A DNA stretch of 63,747 bases, the filler included, from Octopus bimaculoides (Eukaryota), in assembly GCF_001194135.2 (NCBI RefSeq). It is 4 parts of 4 records of this genome, joined end to end, with 100 filler letters (N's around TTAATTAATTAA, not from the genome) between each part and the next. Parts side by side here need not be neighbours in the genome. Positions count along the whole stretch, not along the records: positions 37,298 to 62,172 come from NC_068993.1; 3 more parts are not named here. One strand, 5' to 3'. Below are positions 41,120 through 54,200 of this stretch, in pieces. Positions within the stretch are counted from its first letter, which is position 1; each line of letters opens with the position of its first letter. A model generated the notes under the pieces. It did not search any database. It was given only the letters and a program-made list of their open reading frames with translations, and was not told the DNA's origin. The translations under genes and the position numbers were made by a program.

Positions 41120-41412
41120 TTTAGAAAGCATCCAGTCCACACTGTAAAGTGGTTGGCATTTGGAAGGGTACCCAACTGTAAAAATCATGTCAAAACTGAC
41201 CTCATCTGTGCTTGTGCCACATAAAAGCACTAAGTCCACTCTGCTGGATGGTTGGTATTAGGAAGGGCATCCAGCTGTAAAAATCCTGCTAAAACAGTCA
41301 GAAGTCTGTGGCTGGCTTCTGTCAAACCATTCCACCCATGTCAAACCATTCCAACCATTCCACCCATGCCAGCATGGAAGGCAGACATTAAATGATGATG
41401 ATGATGATGATG
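41120..41412 (+). mobile_element. RTE 3' UTR, old copy
   Basis: AGGAAGGGCATCCAGCTGTAAAA..CCATGCCAGCATGGAAGGCAGACATTAAATGATGATG. Confidence 0.75.
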
Positions 41413-42739
41413 ATACACACGCACACACACACAAATATATACAGGCACACACACACAAGTTTTAACCATTTAACTCAGACACTCTCTCCTCATCTATTTT
41501 TTCGGCAGAAGAACACAGGATTGAAACTTCTTCCATTTCTGTTGAGAATCAACTTACTACACCCTATTTGTTGTTTTTTCGCCTGGTCTTTATGTTTTTG
41601 TCAATTTTAGACTATATACATATATGCACATACATACATATAAGCATACTTACATGCTATTATTTATAGTTTTATATGTACTAACATCCATTATGTATAC
41701 TAACAGAAAGACCGCCTTCTGGGCAGTTTTCTGCTAGTTGAACCTGGATTGCGTGTGTGTGTGTGAGAGAGAGAAAAAGAACATTGCAAACAATGAATTA
41801 AATAAACATGAAATAAAAAAATCATATAAACAAAAGCTCATTTAAAACTATCTTGTACCAAATATTAAAGTTTTGTGAACTTGAAATATTCAATAATAAA
41901 AGGAAGTTCAGAAAGTAAATTTTCCTGAAAACTTCAATTTATAAAAAAATCTCACTTGCTTAGTAAATATTACTTTCAATAATTTATCATAGTTGTAATA
42001 TATCTGTAATTTAAACAAACTTCAAGGTTTAGTGTGCTAGAAATAACAGCGATCACATAGTTGTTATTGTAAGGCTTATAGCGTTCCAAAACAGCCATAC
42101 CAACAAAATCATTTCATGATCTTTTTTTTTTTAAAATTATACTGGTATATTAAAAAATTTTCATTTTATCAAACATAAGCCTCAAACTTAAACAGCTATT
42201 TTGTCTAATAGCAGTCATTCATTCATTCAATAAATAATTTCTTGACATTATGTATATAGAATAAACTGTTGGTTTTGCAACAGTGAATTAAAACTTCAAA
42301 TGAAAACATTGAAATGAATATATATTAAATTATCATTAATGAAAATAGAGGTGAGAAAGAGTGAAGGACTTGCAAATGAAAACGGAAATGGTGATGAATT
42401 AATATTGTTTATTAAATCTACTCTGTGGTGAATGCAACAAATATTTAAATTTGTGAAAAACTTGCAGTTCAAATATTCAATAACCTTCAGAAATTGAAAT
42501 TATAAGAAATTTCTTAGAATATGAATTTATAAAAAAATTTTCAGACAGTCAAGCCTTTAATAATTGCTTTCTTTTAGTAACTGTGGCATACCTAATTAAT
42601 AAGCTGCTTTCTCCATTAGGAAGGAATTTCAACCATGTTTCGTGGTCTGCTACCACAACAGCTCCTTTATAGGATCCAGTTAGCTGAAGACATCATATAT
42701 AGATATATATAGCTATGTATGTATGTATGTATGTATGAA

Positions 42740-43990
42740 TGTATCATCATCATCATCAAACATTTGTTTCTCATGCTAGCATGGGTTGGACAGTTTGACA
42801 GGAGCTGGCAAGCCAGAGGATTGCACCAAGTTCTACAATCTGTTTTGGCATGGTTTTTACTGCTGAATGCCCTTCCTTGTGCTACTGCTTTAGAGTATAT
42901 TGGGTGCTCTTTACATGGCACCACCAATTGAGAGGTCACCAAGTAACTTGTAAGACAAAGCTCTCTCAACTGAAAGGGGGAGTGGCCTTGTGCTGGGTGA
43001 TAAAGGGATAGAAATCAGTATCTTGTTGTAGAGGAGATACATGGTTACTCCAATCAGAGAGAGAGAGAGAGAGAGAGAGATGGTGGCAATGCTCCAGGGC
43101 ATACCCTCAATAAACAAGGTGAAGGTAAATTGGACAGGGTGCATCAGTAGGAAGTTCACAAAAGTGAAAAAGTGGAAAAGGGAGTGCAGTGAGAGGTGAA
43201 ATGCAGGTATATAGAGGGATCAACAGGATAGCAATAATACAGTTGGTAGAGAAAGAACAAGTGAAAGATGACAGAACAGCATTGGGCTGCAGGAGTTGTG
43301 GGAGAGAGAGGTGCAGTGTATGAAGAAGACATGTAGTTTGCTTCACTGGGGTAGGGTGGGTGAATTAATGTTACATGTTTCAGTGATCGGCACTTCTTTA
43401 TACAGCTGTCTTCATTCATACGCATCACATATCCAAACCATCATAGTCTTCTCTCTTGCATGCTACATCTGATTCTTCTTTTACATAACTTCTCTATCAA
43501 TACATTTTGCACTTTGTTGTACATACTCACTGATTCTGTACATCCATTGAGCATACTAGCTTCATTCCTTTCCAGTCTTTGCACATCCTCTGCATTTAGA
43601 TTCTACATCCCACTACCATAGAACACAGCCATTCATACACAAGACTTTGCATCTACAAGTACCTATCAATCTTATTTGTCTTGTGAGCATGTAATCAATC
43701 TGGCTTGGGTGTCCACTAGACTGATAGGTGATCAGATGGCTGGCTTTTTCCTGAAGTTAGTGTTGCAGATTATCAGATCATTTACATCACAGAACTCCGG
43801 AGCCTTGTTCACTACCCATTGTTAGAGTCAAAACCACAACCTCCATGCACACCATGAAATCCATGAGAATGCTGCCCAACATATTTATTGAAGTCACCAG
43901 TCATAATAACCAAATCTCTGTCAATTGTTGTTGAGGTAGTCTACAAAATTCGTCCTTCTGATCATCTGTTAACCCAGACTATGAGATATA
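42740..43990 (-). mobile_element. RTE LINE relic (APE fragment, RT C-terminus, UTR), internally deleted
   Basis: Minus strand VIMTGDFNKYVGQHSHGFHGVHGG (APE domain) at 43.8-43.9 kb; MRMNEDSCIKKCRSL at 43.4 kb; UTR and tail at 42.74-42.93 kb. Confidence 0.8.
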
Positions 43991-44847
43991 ATATATACAT
44001 ACATTATACATACGTCCATACAAATAGATTGCTAGATAGATATTATTCTTAATCAAGAATGTTGTTGATAGTGGCTTCGAAGTTTAAGACTGCAATGGAT
44101 TAGAGTTAATCTTGCTTTTATATAGCCCCTGTTGAATTAAATTGTTCTTATTTAGGAATAACAAATTTGTACTCTACAAAAGTATAGAGTAACCCATCAG
44201 GTTAATGTAAAATTGTTTTTATTATAACTGAATATAAAAACAAACATTAAGAAAGATAAACAGACAGACAGACACCAAGCATGGCCACAGCTGACAAGTA
44301 TATGTAAGTATATATAATTTCACTTTATACAACTGTAAGTGGTACAAGATATTGGAATAAAATTACATCTAATTATACTTGACTTCTTCCTCTGCTTCCT
44401 CCAAAATCAAGTATATCCACAATGTATGGAGTTACTTGTGACTAACATAGAGAGAGATTAAAATATGTCCGACAATAGATTCCTTTCCTAGTTTAGCTCT
44501 GGAGAAGTGTGTGTGTGTGTGTGTGTAAAAATATATGAGTATGTGCATATATATATTTGTGAGTGTGCATATACATGTGAGAGAGGTGGAGGGAGGGAGG
44601 GGAAATAGGTGGTGGGAGGGAGGAGAGAGAAAGAGATGAAGCCAGATAAGAGAGATTTAATATCTGTAATTTGACCTGCCAACCAAACAAAAGGCAGTCA
44701 AGTCAATTGTGGAAGGTTTAATAATTGGATATTAGACAACAATAAATGAGACAATGGTATGTTGGGAAAGGGATGAATATTAGACTGGAAGTAAGAAATT
44801 AAAAGTTGTGATCAACAATAAAGGTCAAGGGAGAGGAGTGGCGAGGA

Positions 44848-44884
44848 GGGTTAGGGTTAGGGTTAGGGTTAGGGTTAGGGTTAG
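44848..44884 (+). repeat. Interstitial telomeric repeat GGG(TTAGGG)5TTAG
   Basis: Direct reading. Confidence 0.95.
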
Positions 44885-46284
44885 CAGATGTCCATTGCTA
44901 TTTGACAGCTTAAGATCAAAGTTGTTCCATCCTATCTTTTATTCAAACATAAGTCTACCTAAGATTATATTATATCCAATGTGTCCTTCCTTTTTATTTT
45001 GAAGATAGTTGTGAGTTGAAGGATATTTGGCTTCAGTTTCTAAGTTGCAGTTTTCCCTCAGCATCCAGGGGTTAGGATCTCAAGTTGTGTTTATTGTTAA
45101 ATTCCAAGTCAACCCCAGTAGTAGACATGTCCTCATAGAGGTATAAAGGGTATATTATTCAATGTGTAGTTTACTTCTTGAAGTAGTACAGAGATTTGCT
45201 TCTTACCTCTAGCAGGATAAAGGACTACATAGAGGCTTCTTCGGCTTAATGTGAGTTATGTTGCTGATGTTGTTACTACTTAGCAACAGCCCTTATTGAG
45301 CAGATTAAAAGGGGTTCAGCTGAGACCATCTCTTTTATGCAGACAGACTAGCCAAAACAACAGTTTAACACATAATTTTTTTTCAAGATAGCAGGGCACC
45401 ATTTGAGGGTAATTTGGCTGCTATTTCTAACAGGTTGAGCAACCACATAAAATATGGACTATAGAGGATGAAGTGCACTGCTTATGACTCTTTTCAGGGT
45501 CTTTGTGACTAGTGAGATGAAGGGTGGATATTCTCTGGCCTCTAGAGACATTATGATAGAGTGAACTCTGTTACTTCAAGGACAGGGGCTGTTAAATAAT
45601 TGAAAGAGTTAAAGACCTTATAACAAAATGTGTTTTGCTAAAGATACCCAAGGTGTCACCCAAATTGGTTAACCACAGGAGGAAAAGTTTAATGTTTCAA
45701 ATAGAAGTGTGACATGAATAAGTATAGAGAGTGAAGAATGAACAGGAATTATTTACATTTGTCGATCATCTGCTTCAAGCTGTGATACAGAAGCACCAAC
45801 ACACTTCCCATTTCTACTCTAACAGGGTACTTCTTAACTCTATGGGTTACATCTAACATCTTTTTCAGTAACATCCTGAAAGATGAAGCAGATTAATCAG
45901 ACCTCATTTCTAAATTTTACAGAAAAGGAGACTCTTCATGATGAGTTATGTATGTCCATTAATTGACACATCACTTACATGTGTATAGGATTGGATGGGG
46001 TGAGAGCCTTGAAGGAATGTTTACATCAAGGGCATGAGAATGTAATTAGTACTGGAGGTAGGGAAACTTCTTTTCTAACCAAGGCAAATAGCAAATAAAA
46101 ACATAAGAGGCCCCATCAGTCCAGAGAAAAATATTTAATTTTTAAATTTTACTGATTTGACATTAATACTTAACTGGTTTTTGCCTCTGTCAAATAGCTT
46201 TTTAGGGATTCATCAGTGGGTGGTTTAAAATATGTGGGCCTATATGGTTGCTTGACCTAAAAATAGCTTTAAAAAAAGAACATA

Positions 46285-46895
46285 CGAGGGGGTACCCAAA
46301 AGAAATTGGAATTTTGCAATATTTTATTCACTTAGCTTTACATGTTTACACTTTTACTACCTTCAAAGTATTCTCCAGACACATTTTCCACTGTTCGAAG
46401 CAGTCCTGGAACTCTTGCAAAGTGATGCTTTTTAACACCTTTGTTGGTCCTCCAAAATCAGTTCAGGAATTTTCATGATGTCTTCATTCATATGGGAGGC
46501 TGACAGTCACCCTGAATGAGGTTGGTCTTCAAGTAACAAGTGACCATTCCTAAAGCGTGAAAACCACTTGTAAACTTTGTTTTGCTCATGGCAGCATCCT
46601 TGTAAGCCGTTTGAGAAATGACAGCTGTTTTGGCCACTGTTTTCCCCATTAGAAAACAGAATTTCACAGAAGCATGTTGTTCCTTTGTTTCAGTCATTTC
46701 AAAAATCAACAAACAGGGGAGAAACACTGCAATACGAAAATGCACCACACAGCAGTATGACCTCAACCACCGCTGCCATTCCGCAGACTGATTGATGCCT
46801 TAGGGTCACATCAAGTGGCTTCTAGCATCAGAAGCCTGAACTACAACAGGCTAGTCACACAGAGAATGTTTCCAGTTACTTTTGGGTACCCCCTT
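46285..46895 (-). mobile_element. Internally deleted mariner with both TIRs and TA TSDs
   Basis: TA-CGAGGGGGTACCCAAAAG ... CTTTTGGGTACCCCTTG-TA; minus strand EQHASVKFCFLMGKTVAKT..AYKDAAMSKT (N-terminus) fused to a GEYFEG C-terminus. Confidence 0.9.
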
Positions 46896-47132
46896 GTATT
46901 AATAACGTAGTCCTAAATAAACTGTTTTGGGAAATAAATGACAAGACGTTTATGACAGGAACACCTTTGATTTTAAGTCTACTGTATCAAGGATGACCTG
47001 GGTTTAACAACCATAATATCAATGCAAGTCAACCAGGATACTATGTGGTTGTTCTACATGCTAGAAATTGCAGCCAAATTTCAATCAAACACTGTTGTAG
47101 CACTTTTACAAAAAAGGAAGTACACATTGGAT

Positions 47133-48392
47133 GGTGCTAGTATAGTATGCAGTTTACCATGTTGTCAAACAGTATAGCCAGGTTTATCTACCTTAAAAAA
47201 CTACACATTATCACCTCACCTTTCACTTGTGGTTTACCTTACATTGAAATGCTGCTGAAAGATTTTTATACACGTATCATCTTGACACATTTTTAAAAGA
47301 TTACAATCTGCTGGATACACAAAAAGCAGATCCCTGCCATTGATGCAGTGCTGTCATGCAGGAAAAATGAAAGTGTGACAGAAGTGAATAATTCAGGCCT
47401 GTACTTCATTGTCCTCAAAAGGGGTGTCAAACTGCACATTCAGTTCGTAAAGGAAACCAATTTTTCCATTATACGGACATTAACAACAAATTAAACTGCA
47501 AGCTGAACCTGAATGAGATTTTAGAACTAATATTTTTCTTTGTCATGGATATATCCATGACCACAGCAGTGACTCTAACAGGAATATCTAAAAATACAAT
47601 AATTGACTGGCACAATATGTGCCACGGGGTGTGTGGAGCCTAGTTCATCATGAACGACGAGGGAAGATGGTTGGAACAAATGATAACCCCATTCAAATCG
47701 ACAAAGCAAGATTTGCTGGTCGATGAAAATACAATTGAGGATGAATGCTGAATGGTGACAATACTCTTCTCTTCGAAGACTGTGATGCAAAACAATGAAA
47801 CAACAAGAACCATGGATGTGGAGTTGATGGGCCATGGGTCTTTGGTCTCAAACAAGGCTCAGACTGTTGATACTTTTGTGTGGAATGGCGAGACAGGGAC
47901 AGTCTGATCCTAATTATTGAGAGAGAATGTGAGAAAGGTTCAGTAATTCATTCAGATGAGTGGCTTGCTTATAATAATTTAAATGCCATAGGTTATCACC
48001 GTCTGACAGTGAACCATCAACAATATTATGTGGATCCAGTGACCGGAGCCCATACTCAGGCCATTGAGTGATCATGGTTAGATGCTAAAACTATGATTCT
48101 GAGAAAAATGAGAGGTGTTGGTACTGAGCATTTCCAGTCACATCTTGATTATTTCTGCTGGAAGATGATGAGGAAAGACTCAGATGATTTATTGCTATCG
48201 TTCCTTAATGACATAAAAAGTGTTTATTGTTAAAATGGATTGTATTGATTTATCTGTGTAATTTCTTTATTATATAAAATAATATAAGATTCAATTTTTC
48301 GATGTAGAAAGTGTTTTATCTCTGAAATATCTGAAAGATAAGGTAGATAACCCTGTTTGACACTGTAGTAGATCTCATACTATACTAGCAGC
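47133..48392 (+). mobile_element. Merlin (IS1595-like) DNA transposon, complete ends
   Basis: TIRs GGTGCTAGTATAGTATG..TGTCAAACAG..TATCTACCTT and its complement; 8-bp TSD CATTGGAT at 47125-47132 and 48393-48400. Confidence 0.9.
47249..48233 (+). pseudogene. Merlin / ISXO2-like transposase pseudogene
   Basis: PIQIDKARFAGR*KYN*G, GPWVFG, RDRDSLILIIERECEKGSVIHSDEWLAY, TVNH..YVDPVTGAHTQAIE*SW; several stops. Confidence 0.9.
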
Positions 48393-48989
48393 CATTGGAT
48401 GATAAAGTTCAGGATACACAATGTATGGGAAAAAAAATCAGTAGAAAGCACATGGCTGGAATACCTTTGATTTTGCTGATTTGACTCTTAACAACAACAA
48501 CAACAACAACAACAGGGAAGAACAAACTGGATAATGTAGTCCATGTTCTACAAGTGGTCACAACTGGAAGGAATATCTTTGATCATAATCTTGCATGATC
48601 AAAGATGACCTGAGGCTAAACAACATGGTGATTGGTTGCTGTGGTGATGGTGGTGGTCACTATGTTGAATATTTTGTATAACATCAGAACAATATGTGTG
48701 TCTATTTGTATGTATGTACATGTACGCAAATGTTTGATTAGTTGACCTCACAAAGAAAAATCAGGAGGAACAGGGAGAATTTTTCTTCCTGTTCCCAGTT
48801 GATATGGGAATATCTCTCAATATAGAGTGTAATGTTAATTTGTGCTGATTAATAGTAAAACATTTCATAAAGACATTTGAGTGTGTATTTGTCACATTCA
48901 TTTGAGCTGGTATGGGCGAATGTTTCTGCATGTGTACTATATATACATGCATAGCAGTTGTGTGTGATATGTACAAGAACATTTACATT

Positions 48990-49570
48990 AAAACAATTCT
49001 CCAAGTACTGAGCAGTGTGGACGACTGGCACCCATGCCAACTTTTCCTTCGTTGGACACTAAACTCTGCTTGCAAAGACCTGTTGGGGCAAGTGAAATCG
49101 AAATCAAAATTGAACCCAATTCAATAACTGGCACCCGTGCCCGTGGAGCGCTAACAGCACCGTCCAAGTATGATCATTGCCAGAGCAGCTGTCTGGTTTC
49201 CGTGCTGGTGGCAGGTAAATAGCACAATTTGAGCGTGATCAGTACCAGCATTGCCTTACTGGCACTTGTGCCGGTGGCACGTGAAAAAACATTCGAGTGA
49301 GGTCATTGCCAGAGCTGCTGGACTGGCTCCTGTGCAGATGGCATGTAAAAAACACCATTTGAGCGTGGCTGCTGCCAGTACTGCCTGACTGACCTTTGTA
49401 CCGGTGGCACGTAAAAGCACCCACTACACTCTCACAGTGGTTGACGTTAGGAAGGGCATCCAGCTGTAGAAAGTCTGCCAGATCAGATTGGAGCCTGGTG
49501 TAGCCATCTGGTTTGCCAGTCCTCAGTCAACCCATGCTAGCATGGAAAGCGGACGTTAAACAATGATGAT
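48990..49570 (+). mobile_element. RTE-family 3' UTR with tandem internal modules
   Basis: Repeated TGGCACGT/GTAAAA..CACCATTTGAGCGTG..GCCAG modules, then the same terminal segment as 37298-37517. Confidence 0.8.
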
Positions 49571-49590
49571 AATGATTATTATTATTTCAA

Positions 49591-50590
49591 TTATTACTGA
49601 GTGAGAGAGCAAGGCATGCTATCAAAGTGACACTGGTGTATGAATATATGAAGCCCAATGTACCTGTCATCATTACCCATCTGATAAAGGTATACCAGGC
49701 ACATGTGTCACAACCATATGTGTGCAACATGGTGATCTCATATCAAGATGAACAGTGCATGACCTTGCAGGTGGGACCCAGTTAGAATTTTCTTAAGGGT
49801 GGGTAGCCCATCCTGCTCAAATGGTCCCTGAATAAGGTTTGTTTAAGGATGATGAACAAAACACTCATGTTTCCAGAAGTGAATTATTCAAACCTCAAAG
49901 AATTCCTCTCCACACATGACTATGATGCCCCCTACTACTTTTTGTGATCAGAGGTGCACATTTTGTGAGCCACTAAGGGAGATGCTCAATTGGTTAATTT
50001 CAAGCAACTGACAAGCAAATATGAGGTATTAGGCAGAATTTTTACTGTATCCCATCTTTTATTTTAAGACATGTACATGATAATACTTCTATTGTCAATA
50101 TTGAGTGAGAGAGCAGTGCATGCCATCAAAGTGACACAGGGATAAAATATACGAAGCCCAGTATACCCATCATAACTACCCGTCTGATAAGGGTACACCA
50201 GGCACATGCATTACAACCATATGTGCATGATTTAGTGATCTCATATTAAGATAAACAACATATGACCTTGCAGGTGGGGGCATAGTGAGAGTTTTCTTCA
50301 GGCCAAGTAGTCTATCCTGCTCAAAAGGTCCCTGAATAAGGGTTGCTTGTTGAATGAAACACCCATGTTTTCAGAGGTGAATAATTCAAACCCCAAAGAA
50401 TTCCTCTCAGTACATGGCTATGATGCTCCTCCACTACTTCTGCTTGTTATCAGAGATGCACATATTGTCAGCCATTAAGGGACATGCTCAACTGGTTAAG
50501 GTCAAACAACTGACAAGTAAATCTGTGGTATTGAGCAGAATATTTGCTGTAGCTCATCTTTTACAGCAAGACAAAACATGTATATAACAT
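49591..50590 (-). mobile_element. Two tandem copies of repeat family E
   Basis: Each is collinear with 16147-16675; the second begins at about 50101. Confidence 0.85.
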
Positions 50591-50794
50591 TATTACTATT
50601 ATTTTTATAACTAACTGACTCCTCTACTATCCCTTGTTCTTGTTCTCCAGAATTTGTCCACTCTGTTTCATCTTTTTTCATTATGCACAATGACCAAATA
50701 GCAAAAAAAAAAAAAAAAAAAATCTCTCTCACAGAGTGCACTCTGTGTGGTTGCCAGTTTAGCTGCCAATGGCCTGACTATTACAATTATTATC

Positions 50795-51265
50795 ATTATT
50801 AAGATGGTGAACTGGTAGAAATCTTTAGCATGCTAGGCAAAATACATAGCATTTTGTCCGTCTTTACATTCTGAGTTTAAATTTACCTTCAAACATCCTT
50901 TGAGGGTTGATAAAATATGTACTTGTTGCACACTAAAGTTAATGTAATTGACTTAGCTGCTTCTCCCAAAATTTCAAGACTTGTGCCTATAGTAGAAAGG
51001 ATTATTATTTTCATCATCATCATCATCATCATCATTATTATTATTGTTGTTGTTGTTGTAGCAAGTTGACAAAATCATTAGCACACTGGAGAAAATGTTT
51101 AGCAGCATTTCATCTGTCTCTATGTTCTGAATTCAAATTCTGATGAGGTTAACTTTGCCTATCTTCCTTTTGGGGTCAATAAATTAAGTACTACTCAAGC
51201 ACTGGGGTTGATATAATCAACTATTTCTGCCCCATAATTTCAGGCCTTGTGCTTATATTAGAAGA
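50795..51265 (+). mobile_element. Two old SINE C copies separated by a trinucleotide tract
   Basis: GGTGAACTGGTAGAA..GAGTTTAAATT and GGGGTCAATAAATTAAGTAC; CpG-decayed. Confidence 0.7.
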
Positions 51266-51287
51266 GATTATTATTATTAATAATAAT

Positions 51288-51440
51288 AGGTGCAAGCATG
51301 GTGTATGGTTAAATAGTTCTCTTTACAATTGTCTTTGGGTTCAGTCTCACAGTGTGGAACCTTAAGCAAGAGTTTCTGCAATAACCCTGGAGGTGACAAA
51401 TGTCTTGTGAGTGAATTTTGTAGGTGGGAATTGTGTGTGT
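51288..51440 (+). mobile_element. SINE A/B head, old
   Basis: AGGTGCAAGCATGGTGTATGG..GGTTCAGTCTCACAG..CCTTAAGCAAG. Confidence 0.65.
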
Positions 51441-51764
51441 GCACGCGCGCACGCGTGTGTATGTATGTATGTGTGCACACACGTGTGTGTGTGTGTGTGT
51501 GCATGTGTGTGCACACACAGAGACATGATATTCCATGCTCATAACCATTTTAACAAAATGGTGCTGATGTCAACATTCCTTGTTAACACAATGAGGTTGT
51601 ATGCTTTTGAAAACTTTTTGAATAAAAAAAATCCCTTACTTAAAAAAAAGAAGGTAAGGGTTGGCCATAAAATCCTGCCTCAACTTGTCATCTAACCCAT
51701 GCTAGCATGGGAAAACATACATTAAACAAACAACAACAACAACAGTGCCAATTATTGTTGGGTC

Positions 51765-52003
51765 CTTGGGACAGTATCAGAAGGCATCAAGAGGAATATA
51801 AAGGAAGCTAGAATAGAGTGCCCAGTAGAACTGTTACATGCCTCCTTGGCATGGTCAGAATAATCAGGAAAGTATTAGGTAGCTGAAAAGAATGGATAGC
51901 ATGGTACCAAAGGCTGCAGGTAGCAAGCCTGCTATGCATACAAGACTCCAGGAGTTCCAACAAAACCTGTGATAAAAAGAAATAACAATAATAATAAATA
52001 ATA
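51765..52003 (+). mobile_element. REL-type LINE extreme 3' end with (TAA)n tail
   Basis: VPIIVGSLGTVSEGIKRNIKEARIECPVELL..ARIIRKVL-like. Confidence 0.65.
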
Positions 52004-52009
52004 CTTCTG

Positions 52010-52200
52010 TCTAATCTTGGCACAAATTCTGTAATTTGGAGGAAAGGGGAAAATCAATTACACTGACCCCAGTGCTCAGTTGGTACTTATTTTACTTACC
52101 CCAGAAGCATGAAAGGCAAAGTCAGCCTCAAGTAGCATTTGAACTCAGAATGTAAAGAGCCAGAAGAAATGCTGCTAAGCACTTGGTCCAATGAGCTAAC
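52010..52200 (-). mobile_element. SINE family C, old
   Basis: GACCCCAGTGCTCAGTTGGTACTTATTT..GAAAGGCAAAGTC..TGAACTCAGAATG. Confidence 0.75.
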
Positions 52201-53221
52201 AAATAATGATATTAATAATTATTATTAGAGAGCAGTGGACTGGCAGAATTAGAGTTATAACTAGATACTGAAAATTTTGTCCAATGACAAAATAACTTAC
52301 TGCATCTAATTATGACTCTCCGTCTTCTGAGTTCAAATCCTTTCTAGATCAAATACAATTCTCATCACTAACCATTAATATACTATAAGTCAATTTAATT
52401 GAATATATTCCTCCCTTATAAAAATGTGACCTTCTTTATGATAAGCATCTGTTTGTGTAAATATATTTAAATCATAAATCCCGAAGGTTACTTACTCAGA
52501 CCTTCTACATAAAAAACAATAAAGTTACTGTTATTATATCTAATGTAATGAGCTTATAAACATCTAATTAGAAATAATTATGTGGTAAGGAAAAGACAAC
52601 ATAAGCTCAATAACATTCTTTTTATTTAACTCACTTTTGAGGGGTATGGAAGACAACTCTTGATATAATTAAGCCTGATAAAATTTCTTCCACTAAGTTC
52701 AGAATCCACTGAGCATGTCGAACTAATGATGAGAGGATAGTAAAATTTACGTATAATATTTTACAACTAAATGAATGACTGTCAATACATCTTCAGTTTG
52801 CAGTCATGTTACTATTAGTTATATCTCACTGCATAACACATTGGGCAAGGGTTTTTGACTATGGCCAGGGGCCAACCTATGCATTTTGAGTGCAAAGTGG
52901 AAAATGGAAACTACATGGAAGCTCATTGCATATTGTGTGTGAGTGTGAGATGAGTGTGTGTGTATGTATGTGTGCAGGAATGTTTACATTTTACATCTTT
53001 GCATGAAACCATTTATGTAAAGTGATGTTACGTTGTCATTTTCAGCTAAGAAACTGCGAAACTGCCTTGTAGCTGTACATGATTAAAGACAAATGAAATG
53101 AAAAAGAGAAGGAATAGCGACAAGAAGGGTGTCAGGTAGTATACCACAAAAAGAACTACTGATCTAACCCATGTCAGCAAGAGAAAAAAGACATCAAACA
53201 AACAAAAACAAATGAATCAAG

Positions 53222-53910
53222 TTAATTATTTGTAGCGACACCATATTTCATTATGTAACCATAATATACTACAAACTATATTAAACACTTTATAAGACAA
53301 TACTGTGTCCTACCTAATTAGCAGTGCTATTAAATCACTTGTTAAGGTTACTTCTACAGATTTTCTGTAGAAACTAGAGCCGCACTGATTTGTTACAAAG
53401 TTTTGTATCCAAATACATCTAATGTAAACAATAATACTTTGTAAAAATAGGTAATGGGTGTATACACCATATTCCAGGAGTTCATGTGCTTTCATCAGCA
53501 CTACATCCAACCTATTAACTATTCAAAAACTCATTGCTTAAATAGCTACTAAATATAGTAGTGTAACAGTATTGGATATACCAATTTTACACTTTAAACA
53601 CATTCCTGACAGCTGGTACATAAATATTAATTATTTGTAGGAACACCATATTTCATTATGCAACCATAATATACTACAAAGTATATTAAATGCTTTGTAA
53701 GTCAATAATATGTCTTACTGTATTAGCAGTACTATTATATCACTTGTTGAAGAAGGAGTAAGACGACCTGAAATATGCATATACACCCATTACCTATTTT
53801 TCCAACTTTGATCATACTGTTATTTATATTAGATGTCTACAGAGACGAAATGTCGCAATAAATCAATACCGGTTGTAATATCTTATAGAACATCTGTAGA
53901 GATATAACCA
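53222..53910. repeat. Local duplication with internal inversion (A-B ... A-B')
   Basis: Direct repeat 53222-53343 / 53627-53748; inverted match about 53345-53480 / 53767-53910. Confidence 0.75.
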
Positions 53911-54100
53911 TAACATGTAAATAAACAAGTAGATATGAGAAATTAGTAGATTGAAAAGTAAACCATTGAGGTTAGGGTTACATTGTTGATTAAGAGGAAA
54001 AAAATCTGCATATTTTCTTCTTTTTTTTTTGTTTTATAGATATGAAATTACAGCAGAGTTAACATAGTAGACTACTTCTAAACTATCAAGTTCATTTAAC

Positions 54101-54200
54101 CTAATGCTAAATACCAACTACACTTAAACTAATGTTAAATACCAACTACACTTAAACTACTGTTAAACTATTGTATTCACTTAGACTACTGTTAATTAAC
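54101..54200. repeat. 28-bp minisatellite (two good copies plus decayed copies)
   Basis: CTAATG(C/T)TAAATACCAACTACACTTAAA twice. Confidence 0.85.

Noticed and set aside
41509-41669. Possible last exon with hydrophobic tail (EHRIETSSISVENQLTTPYLLFFRLVFMFLSIL..)
   Set aside because: Hydrophobicity comes from T-rich sequence, the frame runs through a (CATA)n tract, and there is no homology.
49140-49430. Regularly spaced modules resembling a CRISPR array
   Set aside because: The repeats are degenerate, the intervening sequences are related to each other, and they lie inside an RTE 3' UTR of a eukaryote.
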